In this document: positions 40,115 through 55,048 of the stretch, piece after piece
Layout of the letters: each line of letters begins with the position of its first letter
Position numbering within the stretch: the stretch's first letter is position 1
From: Octopus vulgaris
Taxonomy: Eukaryota
Length of the DNA stretch: 64,000 bases
Assembly (NCBI GenBank): GCA_951406725.2
Contig: OX597824.1
Location: forward strand, 5,208,001-5,272,000
Reading direction: 5' to 3'
Notes under the pieces: generated by a model
The model's database searches: none
What the model was told of the DNA's origin: nothing
Seen by the model: only the letters and a program-made list of their open reading frames with translations
Made by a program: the position numbers and the translations under genes

Positions 40115-41430
40115 ATAATATAACAAAAAGTTCCCGGACTAGTTATGTTATAACTAGTCCGAGAACTTTTTGTCCCCAGACTAGTTAGGTAAATAACTGA
40201 AGTAAATAAGTTTATTTAAGTTTTACCTGTTTTCACATCATCTTAGAAATAGTCAATTTGCGCAGCAATACACCGGTCCCAGCGTTTTGGAATCCGGCCT
40301 GGAAGTGGTTTTCTGTAAGCGAGTCTGGCACCTTCTGTGATTCGCTCTGGTTCTCAATAGCTGCATTTTCATCTTGAAGAGATGGGAGTCCACAGGTCCC
40401 AAATCTCACGAATCGGACGGGTGTGGGAATGATAACGTTTTTTGTTTTTGTGGAGAAACTTACGAGTAAGAAGAGCTCGGTGACAGGGTGCATTTTCGTC
40501 GTGAAGAATCCAATTCTTCTCTCTCCACAGATCCGGTCGCTTTCGGCGAATGCCCTTCCTCAAACGATTCAAACGTCACAGTAGAATACTTGGTTGACAG
40601 TCGGGTTCTGGGGGACGAATTCTCGATGCACAATACCGTAGATGTCGAAAAGAACGAGGGGGCAAGCTATTGATTGAGCTGCCGTTTTGTCGTGCCTTCT
40701 TCGGTTGCGGAGATGATTGGCTCTTCCATTTTGACGACTGCTGCTTCGTCTCAGGGTTGGACCCGTTGACCCAACTCTCGTCACCGGTGATGTTCGTCGA
40801 TATGAAGGATGGGCCATCAACGGCACGCTGACGGTGACCACGATAGACTTCGACGCGATATTCTTTCTGCTCAGTGGTCAGAAGGCGGGGGACAAACTTG
40901 CCAGAGACACGCCGCATGTTCAATCCAGACGTTAGGATTGCCTGCACGGACCCATATGACAGGCCAACAACATCAGCAATGTCGTTGATTATCCTCCGAC
41001 GATCCTCATGCACGAGCTGAGGAATCTTTTTTACATTCCCGGGGGTGACGTTCTTGGCAGGTCTTCAGAATCGCTCATGGTCTTCCAGGGACGTTATTTC
41101 GTCTTTGAAGCATCCGTCTGAGTGGAAACATCGCGTACGATCCATTACCTCGTAACCGTAAGCTTGCCGAACGAAGCACGCTCAATGACTCAGTTTAACG
41201 CAAAATTTCACGTTGGTTCTTTGTTCCTGTCCATGACAAAATCGCAGACTTCAGTATAAACATAATCACAAAAACAAAAATTTCCCTGTTTGCGAAGTAA
41301 ACATAGCGATGTAATTTGGCACATTGCCTCCTGAAGCCTTCACTGTTAGCTTTCACGGCGCAGGCATCTGTGTGCTACTATCTGTTGGCACGCTACAGAT
41401 CTAGCCTAGGAACTTGATACCACATCGTGT
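40115..41430 (-). mobile_element. Near full-length decayed mariner (DD34D) transposon
   Basis: MRRVSGKFVPRLLT, ITGDESWV...PETKQQSSKW, WILHDENAP in shifted frames; degenerate TIRs (aagttcccggactag / aagttcctaggctag). Confidence 0.92.
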
Positions 41431-41436
41431 ATATAA

Positions 41437-41488
<52 letters not shown>

Positions 41489-41489
41489 C

Positions 41490-41999
<510 letters not shown>

Positions 42000-42339
42000 T
42001 GGAAATGCTTGTTTAAAACAAACTAAAATCTAGAACTCCAGATAAAAAATTCTAGATTGACGAAAGGGCAATTAGTTTCCAAATTAAAAATATCAATTGA
42101 AGCAAATTTTGTCTTGTCTCGCTATTTATTAGGTTTTAATCAGTGTTCGAAACGTAAATCAGTTTTATGTAAAATTTCGTTGTTAGAATAAAGATGAAGA
42201 CTCAAATGTGAATCAGTTACTGACGCTAATGAGTCTTAACCTTGTACAATGTTTGGTGACCGGCTTTGGGCGCCTGTTGAGCGATAGGATCAGATGCACC
42301 AGATATTGCACAGACTATTAGGAAATTAGCAGTCCACTT

Positions 42340-42528
42340 GGCTAGCTAGAATGGGCTGTACTCGTATTTCAAAGGGGCCAGTCTTCTCACACTCTGTGTC
42401 ATGCTGAATCTCCAAGAGCATATGCGTGTCTGCGGAGTGCTCAGCCACTTACACATTAATTTCACGAGCAGGCTGTTCTGTTGATCGGAGCAACTGAAAT
42501 TCTCATCGTCGTAAGCGACAGAGTGCCA
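42340..42528 (+). mobile_element. SINE family C, 3' fragment
   Basis: gtatttcaaaggggcc...ggagtgctcagccacttacacattaatttcacgagcaggctgtt matches 59015-59192. Confidence 0.85.
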
Positions 42529-42927
42529 GTCATTAGGGAATTAATTCCCTGATATTGACTAACAGGTAACTCTATGAGCTCCGTACCACCCAGAGCCCTA
42601 ATTAATAGTCTTCAGCGTCAAACAGTACGAAAATTATTAAGCGTTTCGACCTAAGTGGAAAAAGGGGCAGCGCAGAAATATCTGTGAAGTCAGTCAACAA
42701 TTAACTTTTATTGTTATTAACGTTTGTTTCAGTGAAGTAGGAATAACTGTTACTAATTTTGTGTGAGTTAATTGTGGACTCATCACAGCTGAACGTCATT
42801 TGTTGCAGCTAATAATAATTACGAGATCTCCTTGAAGTCTAATTAATTACCAGAGAAGTGCTTTGGAATTTAATTGTCTGAATGCTCTTGAATACTGTTT
42901 TGTTTCTTTTGAGAAATTACGTATAAT

Positions 42928-43341
42928 CTTTACTCTTTTACTCTTTTACCTCTTTCAGTCATTTGACTGTGGCCATGCTGGAGCACCGCCTTCAGTCGAG
43001 CAAATCGACCCCAGGTCTTATTCTTTGTAAGCCCAGTACTTATTCTGTCGGCCTCTTTTACCGAACCGCTAAGTTACGGGGACGTAAACACACCAGCATA
43101 AGCGATGTTGGGGGAGGGGGACAAACACTCAAACATATACACACATACATATATACATACATAAATATATGTATATACGACGGGCTTCTTTCAGTTTCCG
43201 TCTACCAAATCCACTCACAAGGCTTTGGTCGGCCCGAGGCTATAGTAGAAGACACTTGCCCAAGGTGCCACGCAGTGGGACTGAACCCGGAACCATGTGG
43301 TTCGTAAGCAAGCTACCTACCACACAGCCACTCCTACGCCT
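42928..43341 (-). mobile_element. SINE family B, full length
   Basis: Colinear with the other family B copies. Confidence 0.92.
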
Positions 43342-43639
43342 ACGTATGTGTACTCTTTCTTTTTCACTTGATGGTAACTTCTAGGGATCCACTATATTTT
43401 ATCACCAATTTTCTAGGGTCAGTTGTAGAGACATTACTGTAGAAGGCAAACTTCTTTAGAAAGAATATCCTTTTAATTTACGATACATCTAATTCGATTA
43501 ATCTAATTCGAGAAAAATGAATTAGTTTTAAGTTATATCTGGAAAAAGTGAACCGCAAAGACTGTCTGTCAAGCGCAAAGGCAATTTACGAAATAGATGT
43601 GTGGTAAAGAAAATATGTATTTGATAATGTTTTGACTTG

Positions 43640-44700
43640 GAGGAAGGGGTCGTCTTCACGAACTTCGGCGGCCCTCCGAGATCGTATCGGTCGAAATGGT
43701 TAGTGTTTATGGCTGCTGAAAAAATATTGAGAGCAGGAAATTTCAGAGGATCGAAGTTATGGTGCGGAAGGACTGGGTAGGGATTAGATTGAGGGACGAG
43801 TGAAGAGAGATGAGTGACTCCTCAGTGTGTAAGTGGAGGTGGCATGCGATCAGCCAACAATGAGAAAACAGTTACTCCAGGAGTAGAAGAGAAGAAATCG
43901 TCAGAAGATGATACGACTGTGGGCTTAAAGCTGAAGTGTGTCGCGAAATATTTCGTGCCAGTCAGTCGGGTGGCCTTTTTTTCGACGAGATCTCGGGTGT
44001 CTGTATGTATAGTATTAGCACCATTCTTGGTGTAGGAGTATTGATACTTTGTCGGGTTGACTGAGTAGTTATTGGGGGTAGAGTATTTTTTGTCTCTGAA
44101 GAGAAAGGTAAGGCATCGGGGTCTTGAAAATGTACGGGGACATCTTCAGTAATGGTGAGATCTAGCATTGTAGAAATCTTGAGGTTTGTCGTTGTGGATG
44201 ATGTTTATGTTTAAGATGTTGGTTGAGATAATGTTTTGATACGTGTAGTGATTGGGCCTCGGTGCTTTTGAAGGAGACAAAATAGAAAATGTTTTCGAGG
44301 TGTCTTTTTATCAAAAATGTACAAGTTTGGAATGAAGTGCTTTAGTTATTAATGGATGATCCTTGACTGCAGAAGGTTGGAATAGAATGAATGATAGTTA
44401 CATTTTTTATCTGTATTTGTAAAAATAGCAAGGAATAAAATAGCTAATACATAACAGGAAATGAGTGGAAGAAGACAAAACAAACCAGAATTGATCTGGT
44501 GTAGGTTTGGAGGGAGAGCAGGTTGCGAGGGTGTGATGTGGCAGGAAAGCACCAAGTCAAGACACGAGATACGGTTGGAGCCCAGAGACAAGCAATTCTG
44601 TTTAGAGATTCGCTCGATAGATACAATCGAATGATTTTGTTTTGATAATGTGCTGAATTACTGATGCGAATTTGTCTTGAACAATTTAAGCATGAGGATA
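43640..44700 (-). mobile_element. Heavily decayed PLE ORF (N-terminal region leading into RT)
   Basis: Minus-strand remnants INTPTPR, IFRDTLQL*AH and HKH*PFRPI, in the order of the PLE motifs GLxFxPTP, FxRxLRLKxxF and KxHKxxxPxRPI. Confidence 0.5.
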
Positions 44701-45435
44701 ATTTCTGTTATCCTATCAATAAAACTAAAAAAAAAATTAAAATTGCAAGATGTAGTTATTGCATTTAGTTGTGGTTATGCAAGGGAGACAGAATACGAAA
44801 TTGAAATAACACTAGCTGTAAATAAAGAAACATAGATATATCTGAAGAAGAAGACAAGCGTAAAAGTGATATTTCATTCTAAGAAAACCTGTATAAAATT
44901 TGTTCGTATTCAATTTTGTTTTAGAAAGTTTAATTTTTCGTTAATTTTATGTCGTTATATGTTCAGTTTATTCTAAATTCGATTCTCTTCAACTTAATTG
45001 CCATTAGCTAAACAAAAACAAACACCATTATTATTAATATTATTGATGTTTTGAAATCATCATTGTTGCTGCAGACGATAATGGTAATTACAACATTTCT
45101 TTGAAGTCTAATTGACAACTGAAGAAGAATTTTGCATTTTAATTGTCCGATGATTTTTCTTTTAATATTGATTTGTTTCTTTAACGAACAGTCGCATGCA
45201 GTATCTTTCTTTCACAGATTATAGTAACCTCAATCGATTACTTATTGATTACGATTTGATTTATCATCGATTTCAAGACAAACGGCAGTTAATCGCAAGA
45301 GAAATATTCTTTTGTTATTTGAAGATTTATATTTGTCACCTCATCAATTTCAATTTTTAATTTGAAGAAAGAAAAATGAAAGAAATGTCTCAAATGTTTA
45401 TATTTTATTCTAATATTTTTGACAGACAGTGTCAT

Positions 45436-45663
45436 TGAAGTGTCGGGGTTTTTATATACAGAAGTGTTCAGAGCTTCATTTAGCTGTAAAGACAAACCAT
45501 GGATAAAGTTGTTAACTTCAAGAAGAAAAAAGCATCCGATAGAGTGTCAGACACACGGTTGAAGTGTCGGGGTTTTTATATACAGAAGTGTTCAGAGCTT
45601 CATTTAGCTGTAAAGACAAACCATGGATAAAGTTGTTAACTTCAAGAAGAAAAAAGCATCCGA
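45436..45663 (+). repeat. Local tandem duplication, about 103 bp identical, period 124 bp
   Basis: tgaagtgtcggggttttt...aaaaaagcatccga at 45436 and 45560. Confidence 0.92.
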
Positions 45664-45966
45664 AATATGCCAAGTGTGTAAAGTCTTCAAATGCTTCCAA
45701 GGAAACAGATGTGAAGACGAATCGCATTCTCTAGGATTAAGTAATCCAAAAGTTTAATTCCTTCAATAAAAAAAAAATAAATAAATAAAAAAAGAAGGGA
45801 ACAAGCACAAATAGCGACTTATTCCTAATCCTAATAATTCTTGATTAAGAATGTCACCAACGCATTTTTTTAAATAAAAAGAAAAAGATTAGACTGGTGG
45901 ATAGACGGATAGTTAGAGAGAGAGAGAGAGATAGATAAATAAATGGATACATACATACACACACAA

Positions 45967-46109
<143 letters not shown>

Positions 46110-46122
46110 ATGTGTGTGTGTA

Positions 46123-46147
<25 letters not shown>

Positions 46148-46168
<21 letters not shown>

Positions 46169-46363
46169 TACTAATATAGGATAAAATCTTTTCAGAAAAA
46201 ATATCATCAAACGTGGCAGCATATTAAAATACCTTTAAAGGTGAAAATTATAAACAATTTATAAACAATTTATAAACAATTTATAAACAATTTATAAACA
46301 AGGGCAAAAGAAAAAATATTTCTATGCCAATATGCTGAGAACAGACGTAAATCGTCAATCACC

Positions 46364-46370
<7 letters not shown>
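46148..46370. repeat. AT-rich insert between TA runs containing 11-bp tandem (ttataaacaat) x4-5
   Basis: Direct reading at 46248-46300; the layout resembles the PLE tails but no HHR is seen. Confidence 0.6.
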
Positions 46371-46413
<43 letters not shown>

Positions 46414-46764
46414 TTTAAATTCCATCTTTAAACTCCATACAGTCTTCACCTCAAGTGTAAAATTCTTCCCTGAGTTCATAAAACTCCTACTCAACTTCTT
46501 TAATTCCTGATACCATTTCCATTCTGTGTAAGTTGGATAGTTTTTTATATGTATACATATATACATTTTTTGTATTAAATGTATTTAATATTTAATATTT
46601 AATATTTTAATTGTTGAACCTATCTGATTTTTCATCTTTAATTTGATGTATGTATGTATATATCAAGGAGACACAAGGCGTGTTATAAAAAACCTGCCCT
46701 GACACCTACCTTTACAGCAAGAAATTATTAGTAGCTCATATTTTGTATACTACGTACATTAAAT

Positions 46765-46795
<31 letters not shown>

Positions 46796-46796
46796 G

Positions 46797-46836
<40 letters not shown>

Positions 46837-46930
46837 CAAACATATATATACATGTATATGTACATATATATATATATCCATCTATCTATCTATCTATATA
46901 TTTATATATATACACATATGTATATATGTA

Positions 46931-46970
<40 letters not shown>

Positions 46971-47926
46971 AGTGTGTGTGTTCGTGTGTTTAATATCTAT
47001 ATAACCTTATTGTGAAACGTTTTCTTATCAATGAATTGGTTTATACAAAACTAGATCACTGATTGAGATCATTTTTTCCCCTTGAGAAAACTCTTCCCCT
47101 CGTAGCGTTTTTAATATGAATTTACTCGTCTACCTATATTTCCTATTCGAAAAATCCGTAAGCGCAGAAGAAAATATAATAATTAATACACAAACTGAAA
47201 AAAAAAAACGATAACCTTTTAAACAGCGATTCACAGACACACGTCGACACACCCAGGCCAAAACACACCCTCACACACATAAGGTAACGATGTTAGTTAT
47301 TCTTCGAACCAACGGTACCTCCACTAGCAGCATTCCTGTAATCAACACCCGGAATATGAATAGTAAAAGTAAATAGCGAGGTTAGAAAGGTTTTCTTACT
47401 TTTTAGCGTAAGGAAGTAGCGATAATATTAGGAAACCACACGTGTGGTTTTCATACGCAAATGTCACACATTAACCGCAATCTTTTCAGTTGGAGGATTT
47501 TCAGCAATACAGAAAATTTCACTCATTCTGATCGTGTGGTTTCTAGAAGGGAAACTAAAACTTAGTATAATGGTGTTTTATATTGAGCGCATAGGTGTAT
47601 ATTTAATTGCATGCTTTCGTGCGATTGTGTACGTACAGGATTCCATACATTTGTATATATGTATGTGTATTTGAGTGTACGTAAGTATGTGTGTTTGTAA
47701 GTGCTTTTGTATATGATGAATCTATGCATGTATTCATTTATTTATGTGTGTATGTGTATATGCATGCATGTCTGTATGTATGTATGTATGTTTGTATATA
47801 TGTATGTACGTATGTGTATATGAATGTATATGTGCGCGTGTATGTGTGTGAATGATAGTAAATATACATGTAAGTGAGCATGTGCGTCTGTATATGTATA
47901 TATGTTTGTGTATGTATATATATATA

Positions 47927-47992
<66 letters not shown>

Positions 47993-48056
47993 AACATATA
48001 TATATATACATATATATATGTTTGTATATATAAACATATATGTACATAGATATATG

Positions 48057-48118
<62 letters not shown>

Positions 48119-48132
48119 TATACATAGATATA

Positions 48133-48180
<48 letters not shown>

Positions 48181-48894
48181 CATAGATATATACATAGATA
48201 TATATAAACATATATATTTATACATAGATATATGAAGAAATATATCTATAAACGTAAAAATATCTACCTATATCTAAATATTTATTTATGTACATATTCA
48301 CATATTACACGCACACACACACAAACGAACCTGAATGAGTGTACTTATACGCATACGTACGCCACGGTTGCGTGTGGATAACTACAAATGCCATATATCT
48401 AAATAAATACATTTGAGAATATCAAGATACGCAATACGGAAGCGGGTGCGTATGTCCGGATATGAGTAAATGCGTTCGGGGTGTATACCTTTCATTTGTT
48501 TCGTAAATATACCCGGCAAGCATATCTTCGCGTGTGAAAATATTAAAAAAAAAAGTGTGTTTGTTATTTCAGAGAAGAAAAACCATTCCGCTTGCTTTTA
48601 CTTCAATTGGTTGGCACCTGCTGCTCTAAGCATCACCTCCCTGTCACCAATACGAAACCACGCCCAGAACAGATTTATACACGTTGTCTATAGCGATTTT
48701 GTGCAGCCCAAATCATGATACTCGCCAGGTCTGTCTTCATTCAGATTTCCCAGATTGAACATTGCAACATAAATTTATGTCAGTGTCAACCCACACGTTT
48801 CGATATGAATTCTGAGAGATGAATTGTAAACGAATTTGGCGTTTTTCCCTCCTCTTTTATTAAGGTCTCTTGCTCTCCGTTCGTTAATATTTGC

Positions 48895-49103
48895 TTCAAA
48901 TTTTGCCACGAGGCCAGCAATTTCGCCGAAGGGTATAAGTCGATTGCATCGGCCCCAGTGCTCGACTGGTACTTATTTTATCGATCCCAAAAGGGTGAAG
49001 CAGATTCGACCTGGGCAGAATACGAACTCAGAACGAAAAGACGGACGATATGCCACTAAGAGTTTTGCTCGACGTGCTAACGATTTTGCCAGCACGCCGC
49101 CTT
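48895..49103 (-). mobile_element. SINE family A, diverged
   Basis: actggtacttattttatcgatccc...gaactcagaacg...tgccagcacgccgcctt. Confidence 0.8.
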
Positions 49104-49128
49104 TCTTCAGTCATTAATAATTAACGTG

Positions 49129-49234
<106 letters not shown>

Positions 49235-49261
49235 TGCATGTGTGTATGTGTGCAAGCGCGG

Positions 49262-49460
49262 AGAAACAAAAAAGTTTCAAGGGGCAAGATCGGGTGAAGA
49301 AGGTTCGTGGATAAACGGAATCATGCCATTTTGGGTCAAACGCTATCTCACACTCAAGGCGAAGATGCATCGTCGTGATGAAACTACCACAATGAACTTT
49401 GCCACTGGTCGGGGCGTTTTCCTATTACATCACAGCTTCCATAAAGCTTGGAGATGACTT
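49262..49460 (-). mobile_element. Mariner transposase fragment
   Basis: Minus strand FHHDDAS...LTQNGMIPFIHEPSSPDLAP. Confidence 0.75.
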
Positions 49461-50439
49461 CGGTGTTTTACCAACGTCTTGAAACTCGTATTTTATTAAA
49501 ATGATTTTCCCGTTCACCGAAAGAACCAGAACGTTGTTATCAACTGAATGTTCTGCAGTTAGCGCTAAAATAGAGAGTTGTTAATTATGTCCTTATTATC
49601 TGACCATAAAGCTGTTCAAATTTAATCAAAGTATTAGCTATATTAGCATGGTTTCCGGTAGGAAATAAAGCAATTTCCGCATTGATTGTCTTCGATATTT
49701 GATCTGAATGGCGTTTTTATACGTTCAGGATATCTGAGATTTTAAGCTTGCATCATTAATTAATGAACAGCAGCTTGGGTATTGTCGTTAACGGCAGAAG
49801 TCTGGTTGATTGCTCATAATTAAAAATATATACAATAGTATATATCGTAAAGGAAGTAGTGAAATAGTGCTTCAATTCCCTGCCGCTAGACGTCCTTTCC
49901 AACGCAGTTTGTTCCTGCAGTGGAGTCTCAAATTAATATTTCTGGCGATACACATTAAAACATTGTATGCCCGTTGCTAAAATTATTTCAATAAACGTAT
50001 ATCATACTTTCACCACATACATACACGCATGCATACATACATACATACATACATACATACATACATACATACATACATACATACATACATACATACATAC
50101 ATACATACATACATACACACACACACATATATATGCATATATGCCATTATTACTTCAAAGTGAGTATTCCAAGGAGATAGTCTCTGTAATTCTTTTCATT
50201 TTGGCGTTAACTCCATTCCATTCTTGCTACAAAAATCAAATGGTTACATGCTAGGGTCTGCAACTGCTTGAGATATTCATGTAACCAATAATTTATTTGA
50301 GGATAATTTCTTGATGCTAAATATATTGACAATGCCGAAGAAAAAATAAAAGCTGGAATTAGTAACAACATTTTAAGCTGACATAGAAATGGAATTTGGA
50401 CAAAATAAATGTTCATATGTCGTTGTTGAACGGGGAAAA

Positions 50440-51050
50440 TCAGTCCCCTAGGTCCAAACACTGTGCATGAATAGTCTCACTATCTGTCCTGTCCCACGCA
50501 AAAATTCTACAGGTACCTTGGCTTTGATGAAAATATATCATACGGAGGTACTGTGAATAAAGATGAAGTGATCCAACAATATTATACGAGAATTAGAAAA
50601 ATATGGCGGTCGGAACTCTTCTCTTACAAAATGGCAATATTTCACAATGCATTTTCAGTATCAATGCTTATTCCAACATTTGGTATGACTGATCTGCAGA
50701 AGAAATCCACTTCATAGATACTAAAACCGCAAGATTCCGACATCAACTGGAAACCTTCACTGAATTAGGGATATCGCCAGCCTCTACCTAAGAATAAATA
50801 AAGGAGGTCGAGGCTTGAGATCTGTGTAGACCACCTTCGAATGAGGCATAGTCTCTCTCTGAAGGCACTTGCTAAACAACAAATACATTAACTTAGTGCT
50901 GAATGGTGAAGGAAACAATATCCTACGTGTTGGAAGTGATCTCCCCAGGAAGAACTAGCTTCCTGATGACCTCCTCTACAATTCACAAATCAACCAGTGT
51001 AGCATTCCCCCAAGAAGACTTGGAGGCGAAACGCACAGTTTACTGAAGGC
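50440..51050 (+). mobile_element. R4/Dong-like LINE, RT thumb region
   Basis: YRYLGFDE...YYTRIRKIWRSEL...IPTFG...IDTKT...LYLRINKGGRGL. Confidence 0.8.
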
Positions 51051-51057
51051 CATGCGT

Positions 51058-51160
51058 AACTGAAAGGCAAAGTGGACCTCGGCGGAATTTGAACCCAGAA
51101 CGTAACGGCAGACGAAATACGGCTACGCATTTCGCCCGGCGTGCTAACGTTTCTGCCAGT
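51058..51160 (-). mobile_element. SINE family A fragment
   Basis: tgaaaggcaaagtggacctcggcggaatttgaacccagaacg...gtgctaacgtttctgccag. Confidence 0.85.
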
Positions 51161-52918
51161 CATACTCATTTCTAACTGAGATTGAGTACGATACACTTCT
51201 GGTGGATGCGTATGGGCGATTTGATCTAATAATTCATTATAGCTGGAAGGAGAGAAATTCTCGAGATTTGAGCACAAATACAGAACGACGAAATGAATTA
51301 CAAGTCATTTTTGCCATTCCACCACACTAATGAATTTATTAAATTAATAGAAAGAACAATAAAAGTTCGGCAGAGATTTGCTTAAGAACCTACAAACCGA
51401 AAGATCAAGGGTTCGTTTCATGTCTGTGGCAGGGCGTTGTTTAATAGAAGCTGTTTCATCAATTTGGTGTCTTGCAATGAATGATTCCTAATTTAGACAC
51501 AAGGTTAGAATTAGGGTTAGAGTTAGGGTTAGCAATTTTGAGCGGGCAGCAAGCAGACTCGATATCTTCATCTCGACCCCGAAACATGAAAAGAAAAAAT
51601 GAGCTCAGTGTGAATCGAACTCGGAAGAAATGCAGCAAAGTATCTTGCCTGACGTCCTCTCGATCCTGACATCCCGGTGTTTTGTTAATGTGAAATAATA
51701 ACACACATATATGTAGACATTGATAGATTCTTCTTGGATGATTGTCTTACGTAAGGTAACATGTAATTAATACGTTCAGCGGAGCGCATATTACCGAATG
51801 ACGAGGGCAATTCGTTTCAAATAATGGAAAGTTCTCGAAAGAGAAATTTGTCAAAGTGAACCAATATCTTTTGCCGACACTTGGTAGAATTTATATACAT
51901 CAATTAACCACATAAGCAATATATACATACATACAAAATTAATTAGAAAAGTGTAAGATGTTTTATTCATTTTCTGCTTCAGACATCATAATTAATTTGT
52001 TGGTTAATCATTCTTTTGATAGAGGAGGCAGAATAATTTCTCATACATACGCTGTATTATATATATCTTATTAAATTACACACACACACACACACATACA
52101 CACAGACACACACACACAAACAAACAACACACACATATATTCGCATACATACATAGGTGGGTGTATGCGTATATATATTTATGTGTGTGTGTATGTGTGT
52201 GCATACACACACACACACACACCTATAATTATACACACACACACACACACACCTATATTTATATGTGTGTCAGTCTGTGTATATGTAAGGTGAGGTTGAA
52301 TGTTTAAAACGTTCGCCTTGCTAACACAGGGTCCTGGGTTCAATCCTACTGCGTGGAATCAGAAGCAAATGCCATTTTTTAAAGCCTCGTATCGACCCAA
52401 ACATTACGAGGAGCCGGAAACTGTTGATATATGCGCGCACAAACACACACATATATATATATATACACACAAGTATATATATATATAGCCAATGACTACC
52501 CGACGTCATCCACGGTATTCATACAATTGTCGCTAGATCTACCTCAGTAACACCTCAATGTACTTTGAGTACATAACAAATTATAGAGACGGCAAATGGA
52601 ATTTACGAAAAAACTTTATTGCTCGCCACGATCATTTCGATCCATCCGGCATCGATCCCTCACAGGTCAGGATACTCTACAACTGGTTATGGTGCATCCC
52701 TTGGTGTAGACACACACGTATCCTCAAGTGATGTTATAAAGGCGTTAAATAAACTCTGTTTCGGTCGGTTGAAATACAGCATGCTGTTAGTGACATTATG
52801 TCTAAACCGAGGGATGAACCACAACCGTGAGGGATCGATGCCGGATGCGCCAGAATGATAGTTGCGAGCCTAAAAGTTTCTCGTATTTCCTATTTTCCCT
52901 CTCTACCATTTGTTATAT

Positions 52919-53045
<127 letters not shown>

Positions 53046-53156
53046 GTAGAATAAGAAATAGAAAATCCTTGGTGTAGTATTATATATATATATATATAAT
53101 AATTTTTATAATTGGATTTATATATAAATAAAATACTGAAATATAGGAAAAGATTT

Positions 53157-53225
<69 letters not shown>

Positions 53226-53239
53226 GCGTGTGTATGCGC

Positions 53240-53285
<46 letters not shown>

Positions 53286-55048
53286 GATAATTTGAAGAAG
53301 ACTTCAAATGTTATAACTCAAGCCCAAAGCAACATTCTTTGGGAGTGGGCGGATATTTTTGATTAGACCGACACAGTGCTTAAATGTTTAAATGCTTCTT
53401 TATTTCATGAACTTTAGGAGAAAGAATAGAGTAACAAATTTCAACAAAGTTTGAATTTAGCCCATAAAAATGTGAAACGAACTTCCCTTTCTGCTCCCTT
53501 TGCATTTAACTCTTGCTGAGGGACTGCTGTGGCTACACCACGCTTGATTCCTGACTCTTTCCTTCCCATATTGAATTTATACATTTTGATCTTTTTTCCT
53601 CTTGCTGAACATTTCCACCTCTGCATGTATTTAGCTTGCTTCAAAGATAATTGGCGAACCATTTTACATTTGCAGGAGGGACATGCTACTTCTGTTAATG
53701 CTCAGCGGAGCAAGGTAACCCGCATATATTGATATGCATCTAACAATTTCTAATTATTCCAGTTACGTGTTGATGTAATTGGATGCATGCTAAAACATTT
53801 TGTTAGCATGATATTTCTATGAAGTAGGCAAGGAAAGGAAATAAACTTACTTTTCATATGAAAGGAACCTGGCATGCAACTAATCTAAGACACTTCACCA
53901 CTAAGCGATAACCAGCAAAATGATCTACGTCTCACTAAAAATCAAAGAAATCCATATAGCAAATATCGTCTTAGAAATAAACCCCTTCAACCGGGATATG
54001 TCTTCCATGTCACTGAGATAAGCAATATTTGGATGTTATCAATTAATGACAAGAGAATTCTGGAACCGAATATTACAAGCACATCCATTCATGAGGACAT
54101 GCAAGCCATTGAAAGGTCTTCATGTCAATGTTAGCTGAACGAAATTAACCCGCTTGAATTCTGAATTTCTAATTGAAATTAGAGATATCTTATTGATCAG
54201 ACCCCACCCCGTCAGTTTTTACATTTTTCACGCCAGAAAATGCTTGAAGTAAAAAATCAACTCGAATGATAAAGAAGCTGCGTGTGTAAATAAATTTGCA
54301 CATATTAACATATAACATCCATGAAGATATTCATATTTGCATGTAATCTTAATTTCTCGTTTTATTTTTAAAATCTATATATGAAAAAGAGGCTGGCTTC
54401 TAAGTATGAAACAAACCGATTTCGCACTATGATGCTCCCGGAATCGAACCGACATAAAAATAAAAAAAATATCGTATCTGAATTCAAATAAAATATTAGT
54501 TCAGTGCTCAGCTAACAGATAAACTTTGCAGAACATATATATATTTAATGTTTGAAAATCTCAGCTCTTTTAGTTTACGATGTAAATAAGTAGTGATTTA
54601 AGTGTACTGACGGTCGTGATGTGATGCAGGGACTAGAAGAAAAAAAAAAGATGAAATGCACCCAACACCAGAGCTGAAGACACCTCCGAAAGAAGGGGTC
54701 CCGCCATGTCGGAAACTGTAGAGGATTAGGGCTGAAACCGAACGTAGTTTCTCCTGATGATGTCTTTAGCGACTGGATCCTATAAAGGAGCTGTTGAGGT
54801 AGCAAACCACGAAACGGTTGGAATTCCTCTGATGTAGTTATCCATAAATAATTTTTTTTACCGATTCAATGACGTCATTTGCTGGGAGCTTAGCTGCACA
54901 AAAGTAAATCATCTTTCTTTTCTGTACGAAACTATTATTATTCAGGTTTGTTGTTTTGCATTTAGTGAATATTTTAATGGGGATATTTCGTTTTTGGATT
55001 TGGTTTGCAAGATTCTTTATATGAGTTCGTGCGTTGAAGCATATTCTA

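Noticed and set aside
51502-51532. TTAGGG-like repeats
   Set aside because: Only two exact units in a degenerate 30-bp stretch; too short to call an interstitial telomere.
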